Source: Gammaproteobacteria bacterium (GTDB lineage Bacteria > Pseudomonadota > Gammaproteobacteria > Ga0077536). From it: 64,000 nt of DNA. The stretch covers positions 314,599 through 378,598 of the forward strand of contig JAJFJQ010000062.1 in the NCBI GenBank assembly GCA_021773835.1, given 5' to 3'. How positions within the stretch are numbered: the stretch's first letter is position 1; each line of letters opens with the position of its first letter. Positions 9,335 to 18,528 of this stretch are shown piece after piece. The notes beneath the pieces are model-generated. The model was not told where the DNA came from and searched no databases. It worked only from the letters and a program-made list of their open reading frames with translations. The translations under genes were made by a program, and so were the position numbers.

Positions 9335-10183
9335 GTGACCTTGCAGCAGCAGATCAAGCGGCGGCTCAAGCCGATTTATTTTGGTGTCAAGCGACTTGCC
9401 GCACAGACCTTCTATTCTTATAGCCCGTCGGATCTTGCAGCCGCATTGGAAGCGCTTGGGATAGTGCCTGGCGACACCTTGCTTGTGCATAGCGGTTTCA
9501 ATCGATACAGCGGATTTACCGGGGCTCCGGGAGATGTGATTGATCTGTTATTGCAAACGGTGGGCGAGCAGGGCCACATACTAATGATGTCGATGCCCTA
9601 CAGCGGTTCAAGTGAACGTTACGTTGCAAGTGATCCCGTTTTCAATGTCCTGCGAACACCATCGGCTGTCGGATTGATATCCGAGGCATTCCGCCGGCGT
9701 AGCGGGGTAGTGCGGAGTTGTAACCCGCTGCATCCTATACTCGTTTATGGTTCGCTAGCCCAATGGTTAGCTGCGGACCATGAACACGCTGCATATTCGT
9801 GCGGCAAGGGATCACCGTTTGCGCGGTTTTTGAGCCTCGAAGGAAAATTGCTGTTCTTTGATGCGCCATACGGCTCGATGACGTTTATGCATTATGTAGA
9901 GGATTTATTCCAAGACCAACTACCCGTCTCGCTGTACGATCCTGCGCCTGTGTCCTTGCGGCTGGTCGATGCTACCGGGAATGAGCGGGTAGTGCCGCAA
10001 TATTTTTTCAGCCAGGCGGCACGTGAGAGACGGCATTTTGCGCCGATCGAGGACGCGTTGACGCATCAAGGGTCGATGCAAACGGCTAAAATCGGCAACT
10101 CAGAATTGCTATGCGTTGCGGCACGCGATGTCGTGTCGAGTGCGAGGGAATTGGTCGAGAACGGGACTGGGTTTTACCGATGA
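9335..10183 (+). CDS. AAC(3)/Antibiotic_NAT-family N-acyltransferase (YokD/FrbF-like fold)
   Basis: LGIVPGDTLLVHSG, TPSAVGLISEAFRR, RSCNPLHP, SPFARF, and TFMHYVE (the family's His/Glu motif). Confidence 0.85.
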   Translation: MTLQQQIKRRLKPIYFGVKRLAAQTFYSYSPSDLAAALEALGIVPGDTLLVHSGFNRYSGFTGAPGDVIDLLLQTVGEQGHILMMSMPYSGSSERYVASDPVFNVLRTPSAVGLISEAFRRRSGVVRSCNPLHPILVYGSLAQWLAADHEHAAYSCGKGSPFARFLSLEGKLLFFDAPYGSMTFMHYVEDLFQDQLPVSLYDPAPVSLRLVDATGNERVVPQYFFSQAARERRHFAPIEDALTHQGSMQTAKIGNSELLCVAARDVVSSARELVENGTGFYR

Positions 10184-10261
10184 TAGGGCAGTGTCCTACC
10201 AAACTCGCCAAAGGATATTCGTCGGGCGGCCGATGATTGATGCAGACCTGCGGAGTAATAC

Positions 10262-13200
10262 ATGTCCATTAATCAAGCGCAATCGCCCCTCGTCGTCACA
10301 ACGCTCGTTGACAGTCTGCGCGAACAAGCGGACTTGCATCCAGAACGTATCGCCTGCCGTTATCTCGGCGACGGTGAGGAGGTCAAAAGCGAGCTAAGTT
10401 TCGCTGAACTCGATTTGCAGGCGCGCGCTATTGCCGCGCGGCTGCAAGGCCTTGGTGCGACCGATGAATGCGTGATGCTCCTCTACCCACCGGGAATGGA
10501 CTTCCTCGGTGCGTTCATGGGGTGTTTATATGCCGGCGTTATCGCCGTGCCGCTACCACTACCGCGGCTGAAAGCGTCAATGTCGCAGTTTACTGGCATC
10601 GTGAGCGATCTTGATTCGCGCATCGTATTGACAACGGCAACATCATTGTCACGTCTACAGCGGCTCGACGCGCCTGTGCTAGAGCCGTTGATGTGCCTCC
10701 CGACCGAGGACACCCAAAGCGAACTCGCGCGCGCCTGGCAGCAGCCCGAAATCGCAGCAGATGCTGTTGCCTATTTGCAGTACACCTCGGGCTCGACATC
10801 GGAGCGCAAGGGGGTGATGGTTAGTCATGCAAACGTGATCGCAAATCTGCTCGCGATCGCTGAACGGTTTGAGCACCACGCGGATAGCGTAGGTGTCAAT
10901 TGGCTCCCGCATTTTCACGACCTTGGCCTGGTCAGTGGGATCCTGCAGCCGCTGTTTCACGGGCATCCAAACATTATGCTGTCGCCAACGGCGTTTGTGC
11001 AGCAACCGGTGCGCTGGCTGCAGGCCATTACGCGGTTTCGTGGTACCTATTCGAACAGTCCGAACTACGGCTATGACCTATGCGTGCGGCGCGTGACTGC
11101 AGCGCAGCGTCAGGAATTAGATCTCAGTTCGTGGCAAGTCGCACTGAACGGGGCCGAACCGGTGCGTTGGCAAACGTTGACCGAGTTTAGTGAAACATTC
11201 GCCGAGTGCGGCTTTCATGCTAACGCGATGTATCCTGCCTACGGTTTGGCCGAGGCGACACTAGTGGTGTCGGGTGGTCGGCGCGACGCATCACCCGTGG
11301 TGCTGCATGCCGACGCAAGCGAACTCGAACGCGATCAGGTCGTGGAAACCAGCGCCGACAACAACATGCGCACCCTTATTGGTTGCGGACAGGCGCTGCT
11401 CGATACCGAGATCGCCATCGTCGATCCGGCGACGTCTACCCGCGCAAACCGCGACGCCGTTGGCGAGGTTTGGGTGCGCGGGCCTGGGGTTGCTGCCGGT
11501 TATTGGCAACGCGAGGAAGCGAGTAAGGAAACTTTCGGCGCGGTGATCGCTGACGGTGATGATCTGCCCTATCTTCGCACCGGCGACCTTGGTTACGTCC
11601 GCGACAACGAATTATTTATAACGGGTCGCTTGAAGGACTTGATCATTGTTCGCGGTGGCAACCATTATCCGCAAGACATCGAGTGGACGGTCGAACAAAG
11701 CAGTCCTGCGATACGTCAAGGATGTGGCGCCGCATTTTCCGTCGAGCAAGATGGGGTTGAACAACTCGTCGTCGCCTACGAGATAGAACGCGACCACTTA
11801 CGGTCGCTTGATGCGAACGAACTTGGCCGCGTGGCGCGTAAGGCGGTTGCCGAAGAGCATGAATTGCAGCTCGTAAGTCTGGTGTTGTTAAAGACCGGCA
11901 CGGTGCCGCGAACATCGAGCGGCAAGATCCAGCGGCGGCAATGCCGTGCAGATTTTCTGGCGAGCCAACTAGACGTGGTTGGGATGGATACGGTGGAGGT
12001 GGAATCGATTGAGCGGCCGTCGACCGCGGCCGCGCCAGCGGTTGCTGCGCGGGCCGCCGATGCCGGATCATTGATCGACTGGCTCCGCGACTATGCGCGG
12101 CGCTATCTCAATTCGCGCCTAATGGACGAGCGTCGTAGCATTTCGCCTCCGGTGATGTTGGATTTCGGCAATCGGGGACTACTTGGGTTGCAGGTGCCGC
12201 GCTCCTACGGTGGCCTCGAATTGGGCTACGCGGACACCATGGCGGTCATCGCCCAGCTTGGTGCGATAGATCAAACCTTGACCATGATGACTATCGTGCA
12301 CAACACCTTAGGCATCGGCCCCATCCTGCATCACGCGCCTTCCGCATTAAAGGAACAGATCCTGCCGGGCTTGGCCAGTGGTCGCGAACTTGCGGCATTC
12401 GCTATCACCGAACCCGGGGCAGGGTCTAATCCGCAAGCCATAGCCGCCACCGCGACCCCCAGCGGTGTCGATCAGTGGTCGTTGAGTGGTCAGAAAAGCT
12501 GGAGTGGAACGGCAGGCTGGGCCAGCGTGATCAACGTATTCGCACAGAATCTCGACGCAGACGGGCAGGCCCATGGCATCAACGGATTTACGATTGCACG
12601 GGGCGAACCCGGGCTCCGAATTGGCCCCGAAGCGCAGACCTTGGGCATGCGTGGGATGGTGCAGAACACGATCTACCTGGATCAAGTTGTCGTCAATCGC
12701 GCAAACGTCTTGGGCGACATCGGTAGCGGTATGGTGGTCGCTCACGACGCAATGATGCAAGGCCGCCTCGGTATCGGCGCGGCATGCGTTGGTGGTATGA
12801 AACGTTGCCTACAATTGATCCTGCGCTACGCTTCACGCCGCACTATTTCTACCGGTCCGCTACGCGACAATCCCGTACTGGTCAACCAGGTCGCGACGCT
12901 TAGTGCTGCGGTGGCTGCGATCGAGGGATTGGTCACGCATATTGCTAAGTCCTTGGACGCTGGGATTAACGTCCCAATCGATGCCTATGTCGTGTGCAAG
13001 ACCGCTGGGCCAGAGTGGTTTTGGCGCGCAGCCGACAGTGCGGTGCAGTTTCTTGGCGGTCGCGGTTACATCGAAACGAATGTCGCACCACAATTGTTAC
13101 GTGACGCGCGGGTCACTCGGATTTTGGAAGGCCCGACCGAGGCGCTGGTGATGTTTCTTGGTTCTCGGGTGCTCAACGACGGTTCGGAGTTTGAGAGTTT

Positions 13201-13939
13201 CGTCGCCCAAGCGCTTGGTGCGCCGGAAGTTGCCGCGCGGGTCGCGACTGTCGCCGCTGAGATCGACGCGCGTTGCGCTGCAGGACCATTTAGCGATCTG
13301 CCAAGTGCTAAACGCTGGGCGCATTCATTGATCGGGGCGGTCGCAACCGACGCGGTGCTTTTGGCAGTGCTGAGCGGCAAGCACGCACAACAGCCGGGGC
13401 ATGCGTGTGACTGGGCAACTCAGCAGTTTGAACAGTCTATCGCCGCTGCGCGTGGGGCATGCGGTGATGGCGCCATCGACCTCGGTGGCGTTGATCTCGC
13501 AGTGCTCGGTCGCGAATACTCGCTCGCGATTGGCGACATCGAGCAGCAGTTGGCCGGTGAGGACCACGACTTCGATGCGTTGCTTAAAAGTGATCAGTCC
13601 GTTGATGTGGTACCGATGGAGTCGCGGCGACAACCAGTGGTTCCCCAGAATAACGTCTCTGAGTCTGCCCAAAGCGTTGCGACACCGGTAGCAACATCGA
13701 GGGCGGATATTGAACAGTTCGTAATCGAGTGGATGGCTCACGAGTTAAAAATCCCGGCGCAGTCGATCGAGCCGAATCGCTCGTTTTTCGACTACGGAAT
13801 CGACTCAGTCACAACCGTGATGTTGGCAGTTAGTCTCGAAGAATGGCTCGGATGCGAGCTTTATCCTGAGTTGGTCTATGACTTTCCTATCATTCGTGAT
13901 TTCGTCGAAAGGGTCGCGCGGCAACATACGACCGACTGA
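10262..13939 (+). CDS. Tri-domain fatty acyl-AMP ligase / acyl-CoA(ACP) dehydrogenase / acyl carrier protein
   Basis: FAAL: YLQYTSGST..RKG, WLPHFHDLGL, YGLAEATL followed by a FAAL-type insertion, LRTGDLG, PRTSSGKIQR. ACAD: AFAITEPGAGSN, LSGQKSW, GGRGY, RILEGPTE. ACP: FFDYGIDSV. Confidence 0.9.
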   Translation: MSINQAQSPLVVTTLVDSLREQADLHPERIACRYLGDGEEVKSELSFAELDLQARAIAARLQGLGATDECVMLLYPPGMDFLGAFMGCLYAGVIAVPLPLPRLKASMSQFTGIVSDLDSRIVLTTATSLSRLQRLDAPVLEPLMCLPTEDTQSELARAWQQPEIAADAVAYLQYTSGSTSERKGVMVSHANVIANLLAIAERFEHHADSVGVNWLPHFHDLGLVSGILQPLFHGHPNIMLSPTAFVQQPVRWLQAITRFRGTYSNSPNYGYDLCVRRVTAAQRQELDLSSWQVALNGAEPVRWQTLTEFSETFAECGFHANAMYPAYGLAEATLVVSGGRRDASPVVLHADASELERDQVVETSADNNMRTLIGCGQALLDTEIAIVDPATSTRANRDAVGEVWVRGPGVAAGYWQREEASKETFGAVIADGDDLPYLRTGDLGYVRDNELFITGRLKDLIIVRGGNHYPQDIEWTVEQSSPAIRQGCGAAFSVEQDGVEQLVVAYEIERDHLRSLDANELGRVARKAVAEEHELQLVSLVLLKTGTVPRTSSGKIQRRQCRADFLASQLDVVGMDTVEVESIERPSTAAAPAVAARAADAGSLIDWLRDYARRYLNSRLMDERRSISPPVMLDFGNRGLLGLQVPRSYGGLELGYADTMAVIAQLGAIDQTLTMMTIVHNTLGIGPILHHAPSALKEQILPGLASGRELAAFAITEPGAGSNPQAIAATATPSGVDQWSLSGQKSWSGTAGWASVINVFAQNLDADGQAHGINGFTIARGEPGLRIGPEAQTLGMRGMVQNTIYLDQVVVNRANVLGDIGSGMVVAHDAMMQGRLGIGAACVGGMKRCLQLILRYASRRTISTGPLRDNPVLVNQVATLSAAVAAIEGLVTHIAKSLDAGINVPIDAYVVCKTAGPEWFWRAADSAVQFLGGRGYIETNVAPQLLRDARVTRILEGPTEALVMFLGSRVLNDGSEFESFVAQALGAPEVAARVATVAAEIDARCAAGPFSDLPSAKRWAHSLIGAVATDAVLLAVLSGKHAQQPGHACDWATQQFEQSIAAARGACGDGAIDLGGVDLAVLGREYSLAIGDIEQQLAGEDHDFDALLKSDQSVDVVPMESRRQPVVPQNNVSESAQSVATPVATSRADIEQFVIEWMAHELKIPAQSIEPNRSFFDYGIDSVTTVMLAVSLEEWLGCELYPELVYDFPIIRDFVERVARQHTTD

Positions 13940-14047
13940 ATCACGCCGGGCCGGCCGGTGCCAAGTCTCAAACGGGATCGCCCACTAGCCCTGCACCGCT
14001 AGATCACGCTAAGCTTTAGCGTTCGAACACGAAGGCTTGGAGCACAC

Positions 14048-14815
14048 ATGAGCGTACGCCTATATGCGATGACTTGCGGTTGGATCACGATGCCGATGCC
14101 GATGCTGATTTATGGTACCGAAGGCAAACTCAAGATCCCGGTGCCGGTCTACTTTATTCGGCATCCGCAAGGGACGGTCTTGTTCGACTCTGGCCTGTCG
14201 ATGCGGGTGCAGCGCGATGGTGCCAAGGCGCTCGGGGACATGGAGCCTTATTTCGAAGTCGAGTTCGAAGCGAACGAAGAAGTATCCGCACGTCTCGCGA
14301 ACGTCGAAATGGATCCTGAAAAAATCGACTTTCTGGTCAGCTCACACCTGCACTTCGATCATTGCGGCGGTAATGATTTGATCCCGAACGCGCGCTGGAT
14401 CATTCAAAAACGCGAATGGGAAGCAGGGACGATTCCGGAGTCAGTGGCAGCAAACCATTATTTAACCGAAGATTTCGATTTGGGCCACGATCGCATCGAG
14501 GCCGACGGCGAGCATGATGTGTTCGGTGACGGTGCGGTGCGCTGTATCCCTACCCATGGCCACACGCCAGGACATCAATCGATGGTGATTGAAACCGATA
14601 CCGGTCCGGTCGTCTTATGTGGCGATGCCTGCTATCTACGGCAAACGATTGAAGAGATGCGCCTACCCTCGCGAGGGGCAATCCACGATGAGGTCGCGAT
14701 GCGGGCGTCGCTCGAGAAATTGCGCGCGCTACAGCAGGCCGGCGCGCGGTTGATGTATGGGCATGACCCAGATTTCTGGGCGGATGTGCCGCAGGCACCG
14801 GTTGCATTGGCTTAA
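14048..14815 (+). CDS. N-acyl homoserine lactonase-like metallo-beta-lactamase fold hydrolase
   Basis: SHLHFDHCG (HxHxDH), GHTPGH, GDACY and GHDP motifs. Confidence 0.9.
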   Translation: MSVRLYAMTCGWITMPMPMLIYGTEGKLKIPVPVYFIRHPQGTVLFDSGLSMRVQRDGAKALGDMEPYFEVEFEANEEVSARLANVEMDPEKIDFLVSSHLHFDHCGGNDLIPNARWIIQKREWEAGTIPESVAANHYLTEDFDLGHDRIEADGEHDVFGDGAVRCIPTHGHTPGHQSMVIETDTGPVVLCGDACYLRQTIEEMRLPSRGAIHDEVAMRASLEKLRALQQAGARLMYGHDPDFWADVPQAPVALA

Positions 14816-14834
14816 ATAGAGTGGGGATTTTTCT

Positions 14835-15461
14835 ATGACGCTGCGCGTTATTGGTGCCGGCATTGGACGCACCGGGACAACTTCGTTAAAGGCCGCCTTG
14901 GAACACTTACTTGGTGGCCCCTGTTATCACATGCACGATGTGTTCCCGCGACCTGACGACGTGCCGATATGGCATGCGGCGGCACTTGGCGACATGCCCG
15001 ATTGGGATGAGTTCCTGAAAGATTTTGTGGCTGCGATCGATTGGCCGGCATCAGCGTACTGGGAATCTATGGCTGCCGCCTATCCCGATGCATTGATCAT
15101 TCTCTCAACCCGCGCCGACAGTGAGACGTGGTGGCGGAGCGCCTCGAATACGATAATTCCGGCCTCGTTTGAGGCAGAAGACAGCCCGTGGCGGCGCATG
15201 GTGTTCGCCATGTTCAAACATCGCTTCACCGAAGACGTTAAAAATAAGGCCGCGGCTATCGCCGCCTATGAGGCGCATAACGCACACGTACGTGCTACCG
15301 CACCGGCCGCACGCTTACTCGATTGGCAAGCCGAACAAGGATGGGCACCACTTTGCGCAGCGCTCGACTTACCGCTGCCCGATGAACCGTTTCCGCACAG
15401 CAATACGAGTGCCGAGTTTCAGGAGCGCATTGGTTCCGACGATCCGGCGCCAAAAAAATAG
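14835..15461 (+). CDS. Sulfotransferase-family (Sulfotransfer_4-like) P-loop protein
   Basis: VIGAGIGRTGTTSLKAALE, PCYHM, DWPA, GWAPLC and PFPHSN motifs. Confidence 0.85.
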   Translation: MTLRVIGAGIGRTGTTSLKAALEHLLGGPCYHMHDVFPRPDDVPIWHAAALGDMPDWDEFLKDFVAAIDWPASAYWESMAAAYPDALIILSTRADSETWWRSASNTIIPASFEAEDSPWRRMVFAMFKHRFTEDVKNKAAAIAAYEAHNAHVRATAPAARLLDWQAEQGWAPLCAALDLPLPDEPFPHSNTSAEFQERIGSDDPAPKK

Positions 15462-15484
15462 TTATTGACGCTGCACGGAGTTCG

Positions 15485-15994
15485 TTATTTCAATAGCTCC
15501 GCGATGGCATCGATCGCGGACTGGGCGCAAGCCTCGTCTTGGTCGCCGGTTGCGCCACTGACACCGATCCCACCGATCTGTTCACCACCGGCCGTCATGA
15601 TCGGCAGCCCGCCCTGGAACATCACAAGACCTGGCACTTGTTCGACACCATAGGGCCGTTCCGGCTTCGAATAATTAAATTCACCCAAGGCACGTGTTGA
15701 GCGCGGCATCCCCGACGATGTGCGGCCCTTAAGCTGAGAAATTTGGATGCTATGCAAGAAGGCGCCATCTTGGCGTCGGAACAGCTTTAGATTGCCGCCG
15801 TCATCGAAGATAGCGATGTTTACTTTGCGCCAACCTTCGCTAGCGGCTTTAGCCTCGCAGGTGTCGGCCATTATTTTAGCCATCTCGAGTGTCAGATATG
15901 GCTTGGATCCGAGCGCGAATGCGTTGTGTGATAACACCAAGGTGATCAAGATCGCGAACCGTTTCATCGTCTGTTCTCCGTCAAGGGGCGGCAC
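15485..15994 (-). CDS. Exported GlcG/HbpS-family heme-binding protein
   Basis: VNIAIFDDGG, RQDGA, GGLPI and IGGIGVSGA..DQDE motifs; signal peptide from the probable start at 15967 (MKRFAILITL...AFA). Confidence 0.9.
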   Translation of the reverse strand: MPPLDGEQTMKRFAILITLVLSHNAFALGSKPYLTLEMAKIMADTCEAKAASEGWRKVNIAIFDDGGNLKLFRRQDGAFLHSIQISQLKGRTSSGMPRSTRALGEFNYSKPERPYGVEQVPGLVMFQGGLPIMTAGGEQIGGIGVSGATGDQDEACAQSAIDAIAELLK

Positions 15995-16151
15995 TTAAAA
16001 CTAATCGCTGATCGTTAGAAATTCAATACCGCGCGGGCATTCGTACAGACAACAAAAGTTTGAGGGCTCTCTCTTATTCGGGTTCGAATAAGCGCTGGTG
16101 GTCTCTCGATGGGCCAGGTTGCCCACCGAGAGACCGAGTTGGCGCAACTTC

Positions 16152-16607
16152 CTACAACTCTGCGGCTGGTGTATTTCTGATCTTCTGCCAGTTTCCATTT
16201 GCGGTGGTGATGCGTCCGGGCACATCTTTGAGCCATTCGGTTTGGATACTTGTATCCAAATTCAAATAAAGCTTCCCGTCAACGATACGCCATACTTCTG
16301 GGTCGCCGACAAATTTCTTACCGACCGACACACCGAAGGCGCAATACCCGCCAAATGCGGGTGCGTACTTCGCCGGGTCGCGATCAAACTCCGCCTTGTT
16401 TTCCGCTGTGGAGAACAAGTACGTTGAGCCATCGTGTACGGACACAAAGTGCCCATTGCCGCGAGCTGGACGTTTAGCGTTGTGGTAGGACACTAGATCA
16501 TAGCCCTGTACGCCAGTGGCGCTAGCTGCATCGCTGCTAGCAGCGAATCCATTTGGAAGGATACTGGCCCAGATCAGAAGGGATAACAATATTGATGAGG
16601 TCTTCAT
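16152..16607 (-). CDS. Exported YHS-domain protein (Cys form)
   Basis: Signal peptide; GYDLVSY, YLFST.EN..F..DP.KYAP.FGGYCAFG and IVDGKLYLN motifs. Confidence 0.9.
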   Translation of the reverse strand: MKTSSILLSLLIWASILPNGFAASSDAASATGVQGYDLVSYHNAKRPARGNGHFVSVHDGSTYLFSTAENKAEFDRDPAKYAPAFGGYCAFGVSVGKKFVGDPEVWRIVDGKLYLNLDTSIQTEWLKDVPGRITTANGNWQKIRNTPAAEL

Positions 16608-16704
16608 TGCGGTATCTCCTGGTTATAATCCGCGAACTTTAAGTTCACGTAAGGTTTTGGGTTAATTTCTCGGTTGCGCAACGTGTATTGCGTACCGATA
16701 GTCC

Positions 16705-16733
16705 TTAGACGACCCGGCACCTCAATTTCTTAC
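16705..16733 (-). promoter_or_regulatory. Putative ECF sigma promoter for the YHS gene
   Basis: Minus strand GTAAG-N17-CGTCTAA, resembling ECF -35/-10 elements; about 100 bp upstream of the YHS start and just downstream of the ECF/anti-sigma pair. Confidence 0.5.
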
Positions 16734-16773
16734 CTCGCCCAGAAGATATTATTTCTGACATCGACGAGTAAGC

Positions 16774-17013
16774 TTACTCGTCGATCAACGATTGCAAAGC
16801 TTTCTGTAAAAGTTCGTATTCCTCACTGCAATCGGTACAGATGGAAAGGTGGTGTTTCACGACTTCTAGCCCTTGCGGGATCGATTGGCCCGTAAGCTGG
16901 TGTTCGGCGAACTCGGCGATCACCGCATGGCATTGTCCGCAGTCGATTTCTTGATCATTTGTCACGCCAACAACTTGTAACAGGCGATCAATTTGTTTTT
17001 CGTTTAGTTTCAT
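16774..17013 (-). CDS. Small soluble zinc-binding (zf-HC2/ZAS) anti-sigma factor
   Basis: EIDCGQC and HLSICTDC (HxxxCxxC); no TM segment; 9 bp downstream of the ECF sigma. Confidence 0.85.
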   Translation of the reverse strand: MKLNEKQIDRLLQVVGVTNDQEIDCGQCHAVIAEFAEHQLTGQSIPQGLEVVKHHLSICTDCSEEYELLQKALQSLIDE

Positions 17014-17022
17014 CGTGTGATC

Positions 17023-17661
17023 TCAATTAACAAACGCCATTTGGATGTCTGCGACGCCGTAACCGGCCGCTTCTAATCCCTGCTTCACGCGCTTACGCGC
17101 GTCGTGCGTTAGCTTATAGATGGAATTGCGATTGCCGCCAAAATGTCTGGCGATTTCGCTCTGCGGCACACCCTTCAACTCCGCAAGTAGTGCAGTGCGT
17201 TGTCTGTCGGTAAGTTCGTCGTCGATGACGTTCATCATCTTGTTAACGAGGGCGGTGCGGGCCTGATCCTCATCGGGTTTTGATCTTGGGCTGGCAAAAA
17301 TGTCACTAGGCTCCGCGTCGTCCGCAAGAAGTTGTTCGAGCGAGATATCTTTCCAATGTTTTCGCCGCAGCTGGGTCATTGCGCCGCGAACGGCGATTGA
17401 GGTCGCCCAGGTCAGAAACCGGCTGCGTCCCTCGAATTGGTCCAAGTGCTCCAATATCTGGATCAGGGCGTCCTGTACCGTGTCTTCCAGAAACGATTCA
17501 TTAATTGACGCCGATCTTTCCAATGCGCCGTGTAAGCTTCGGAGCAGAATGCCGCGCAAATCGGATATCGCCGCGCGCTGGCTCGGACCATCACCGCGTA
17601 AGTCAACGAGCCAAGCTTCATTGTCGCGTCCGCGTTTTGCATCCATCGTTGGTGTTGCCAC
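17023..17661 (-). CDS. ECF-family RNA polymerase sigma factor
   Basis: Region 2: EDTVQDAL...FEGRSRFLTWA..IA; region 4: LTDRQR...EIARHFGGNRNSIYKLTHDARKR. Confidence 0.9.
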   Translation of the reverse strand: MATPTMDAKRGRDNEAWLVDLRGDGPSQRAAISDLRGILLRSLHGALERSASINESFLEDTVQDALIQILEHLDQFEGRSRFLTWATSIAVRGAMTQLRRKHWKDISLEQLLADDAEPSDIFASPRSKPDEDQARTALVNKMMNVIDDELTDRQRTALLAELKGVPQSEIARHFGGNRNSIYKLTHDARKRVKQGLEAAGYGVADIQMAFVN

Positions 17662-17802
17662 CTCAGTAGTTGAATATCTACATTTACAACGATCGCACTA
17701 AATTTGCTACCTAGGCAACCTGGATGCCGCACTGTGGCACGTCCACCCGTACAATGGACATTAGCGTAATGCCATCAATAAATCTCTATGAGAGGTAGCC
17801 CA

Positions 17803-18528
17803 ATGATCGAACTATATTATTGGCCGACGCCGAACGGCAAGAAGGTCACTATTCTGCTCGAAGAGTGCGGCGTCGACTACCGGATGATTCCGTGCAATAT
17901 CGGTGCCGGAGATCAGTTCGCCGATGAATTTTTAGACATCAGTCCGAATAATCGAATGCCAGCTATGGTCGATCGCAACCCTGCTGACGGTGGTGATCCG
18001 ATCTCGGTCTTCGAATCTGGTTCGATGATGATGTATATCGCCGAAAAGGAAGGGCGCTTTTGGCCGCAGGACGTTCGCGACAAGTATGAAGTGAATCAAT
18101 GGGTGATGTGGCAGATGGCAAACCAAGGGCCGAAGACCGGAGAACGAGGCCATTTTTTTCGTCTCGAGGATAGCGAAGGCGATCAATCCTATGCGCTGAC
18201 CCGTTTTAGTGACGAAGTAAATCGCCTCTACGGTGTATTGAATCAACGTCTCTACGATCGACCGTATGTCGCCGGTGATGAATACACGATCGCCGACATG
18301 ATCTGTTATCCGTGGACGGTAATGTGGGAGGTCCAAGGCCAAGATTTGAACGATTTTAAATATTTCAAACGTTGGTTCCAGGAGATGGGTGACCGCCCGG
18401 CGGTACAAGCGGGCATGGCGGTTGGCAGCGATTTGGGGAACGATCCGGCGACGCTCAGCGACGCGGAAAAGGAAGCGCGCAAGAAGCTCCTATATAACCA
18501 GCGCGCGCGGCCGGTGCGCGAACGTTAG
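17803..18528 (+). CDS. Glutathione S-transferase family protein (YfcG/YghU-like, Nu class)
   Basis: MIELYYWPTPNG, ISPNNRMPA, VFESG, WQMANQGP and YTIADM motifs; RBS GAGG before ATG 17803. Confidence 0.92.
   Translation: MIELYYWPTPNGKKVTILLEECGVDYRMIPCNIGAGDQFADEFLDISPNNRMPAMVDRNPADGGDPISVFESGSMMMYIAEKEGRFWPQDVRDKYEVNQWVMWQMANQGPKTGERGHFFRLEDSEGDQSYALTRFSDEVNRLYGVLNQRLYDRPYVAGDEYTIADMICYPWTVMWEVQGQDLNDFKYFKRWFQEMGDRPAVQAGMAVGSDLGNDPATLSDAEKEARKKLLYNQRARPVRER

Noticed and set aside
16070-16132. Two hairpins downstream of the YHS gene (CTTATTCG/CGAATAAG and CTCTCG..TGGGC/GCCCA..CGAGAG), including a GGTTCGAAT tRNA T-loop look-alike
   Set aside because: No cloverleaf and no U-tract; at most mRNA-stabilising or weak terminator structures, and not seen repeated elsewhere in the window.
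16152-16607. YHS protein as a selenoprotein
   Set aside because: The relevant position is Cys (GGYC) and there is no in-frame TGA.
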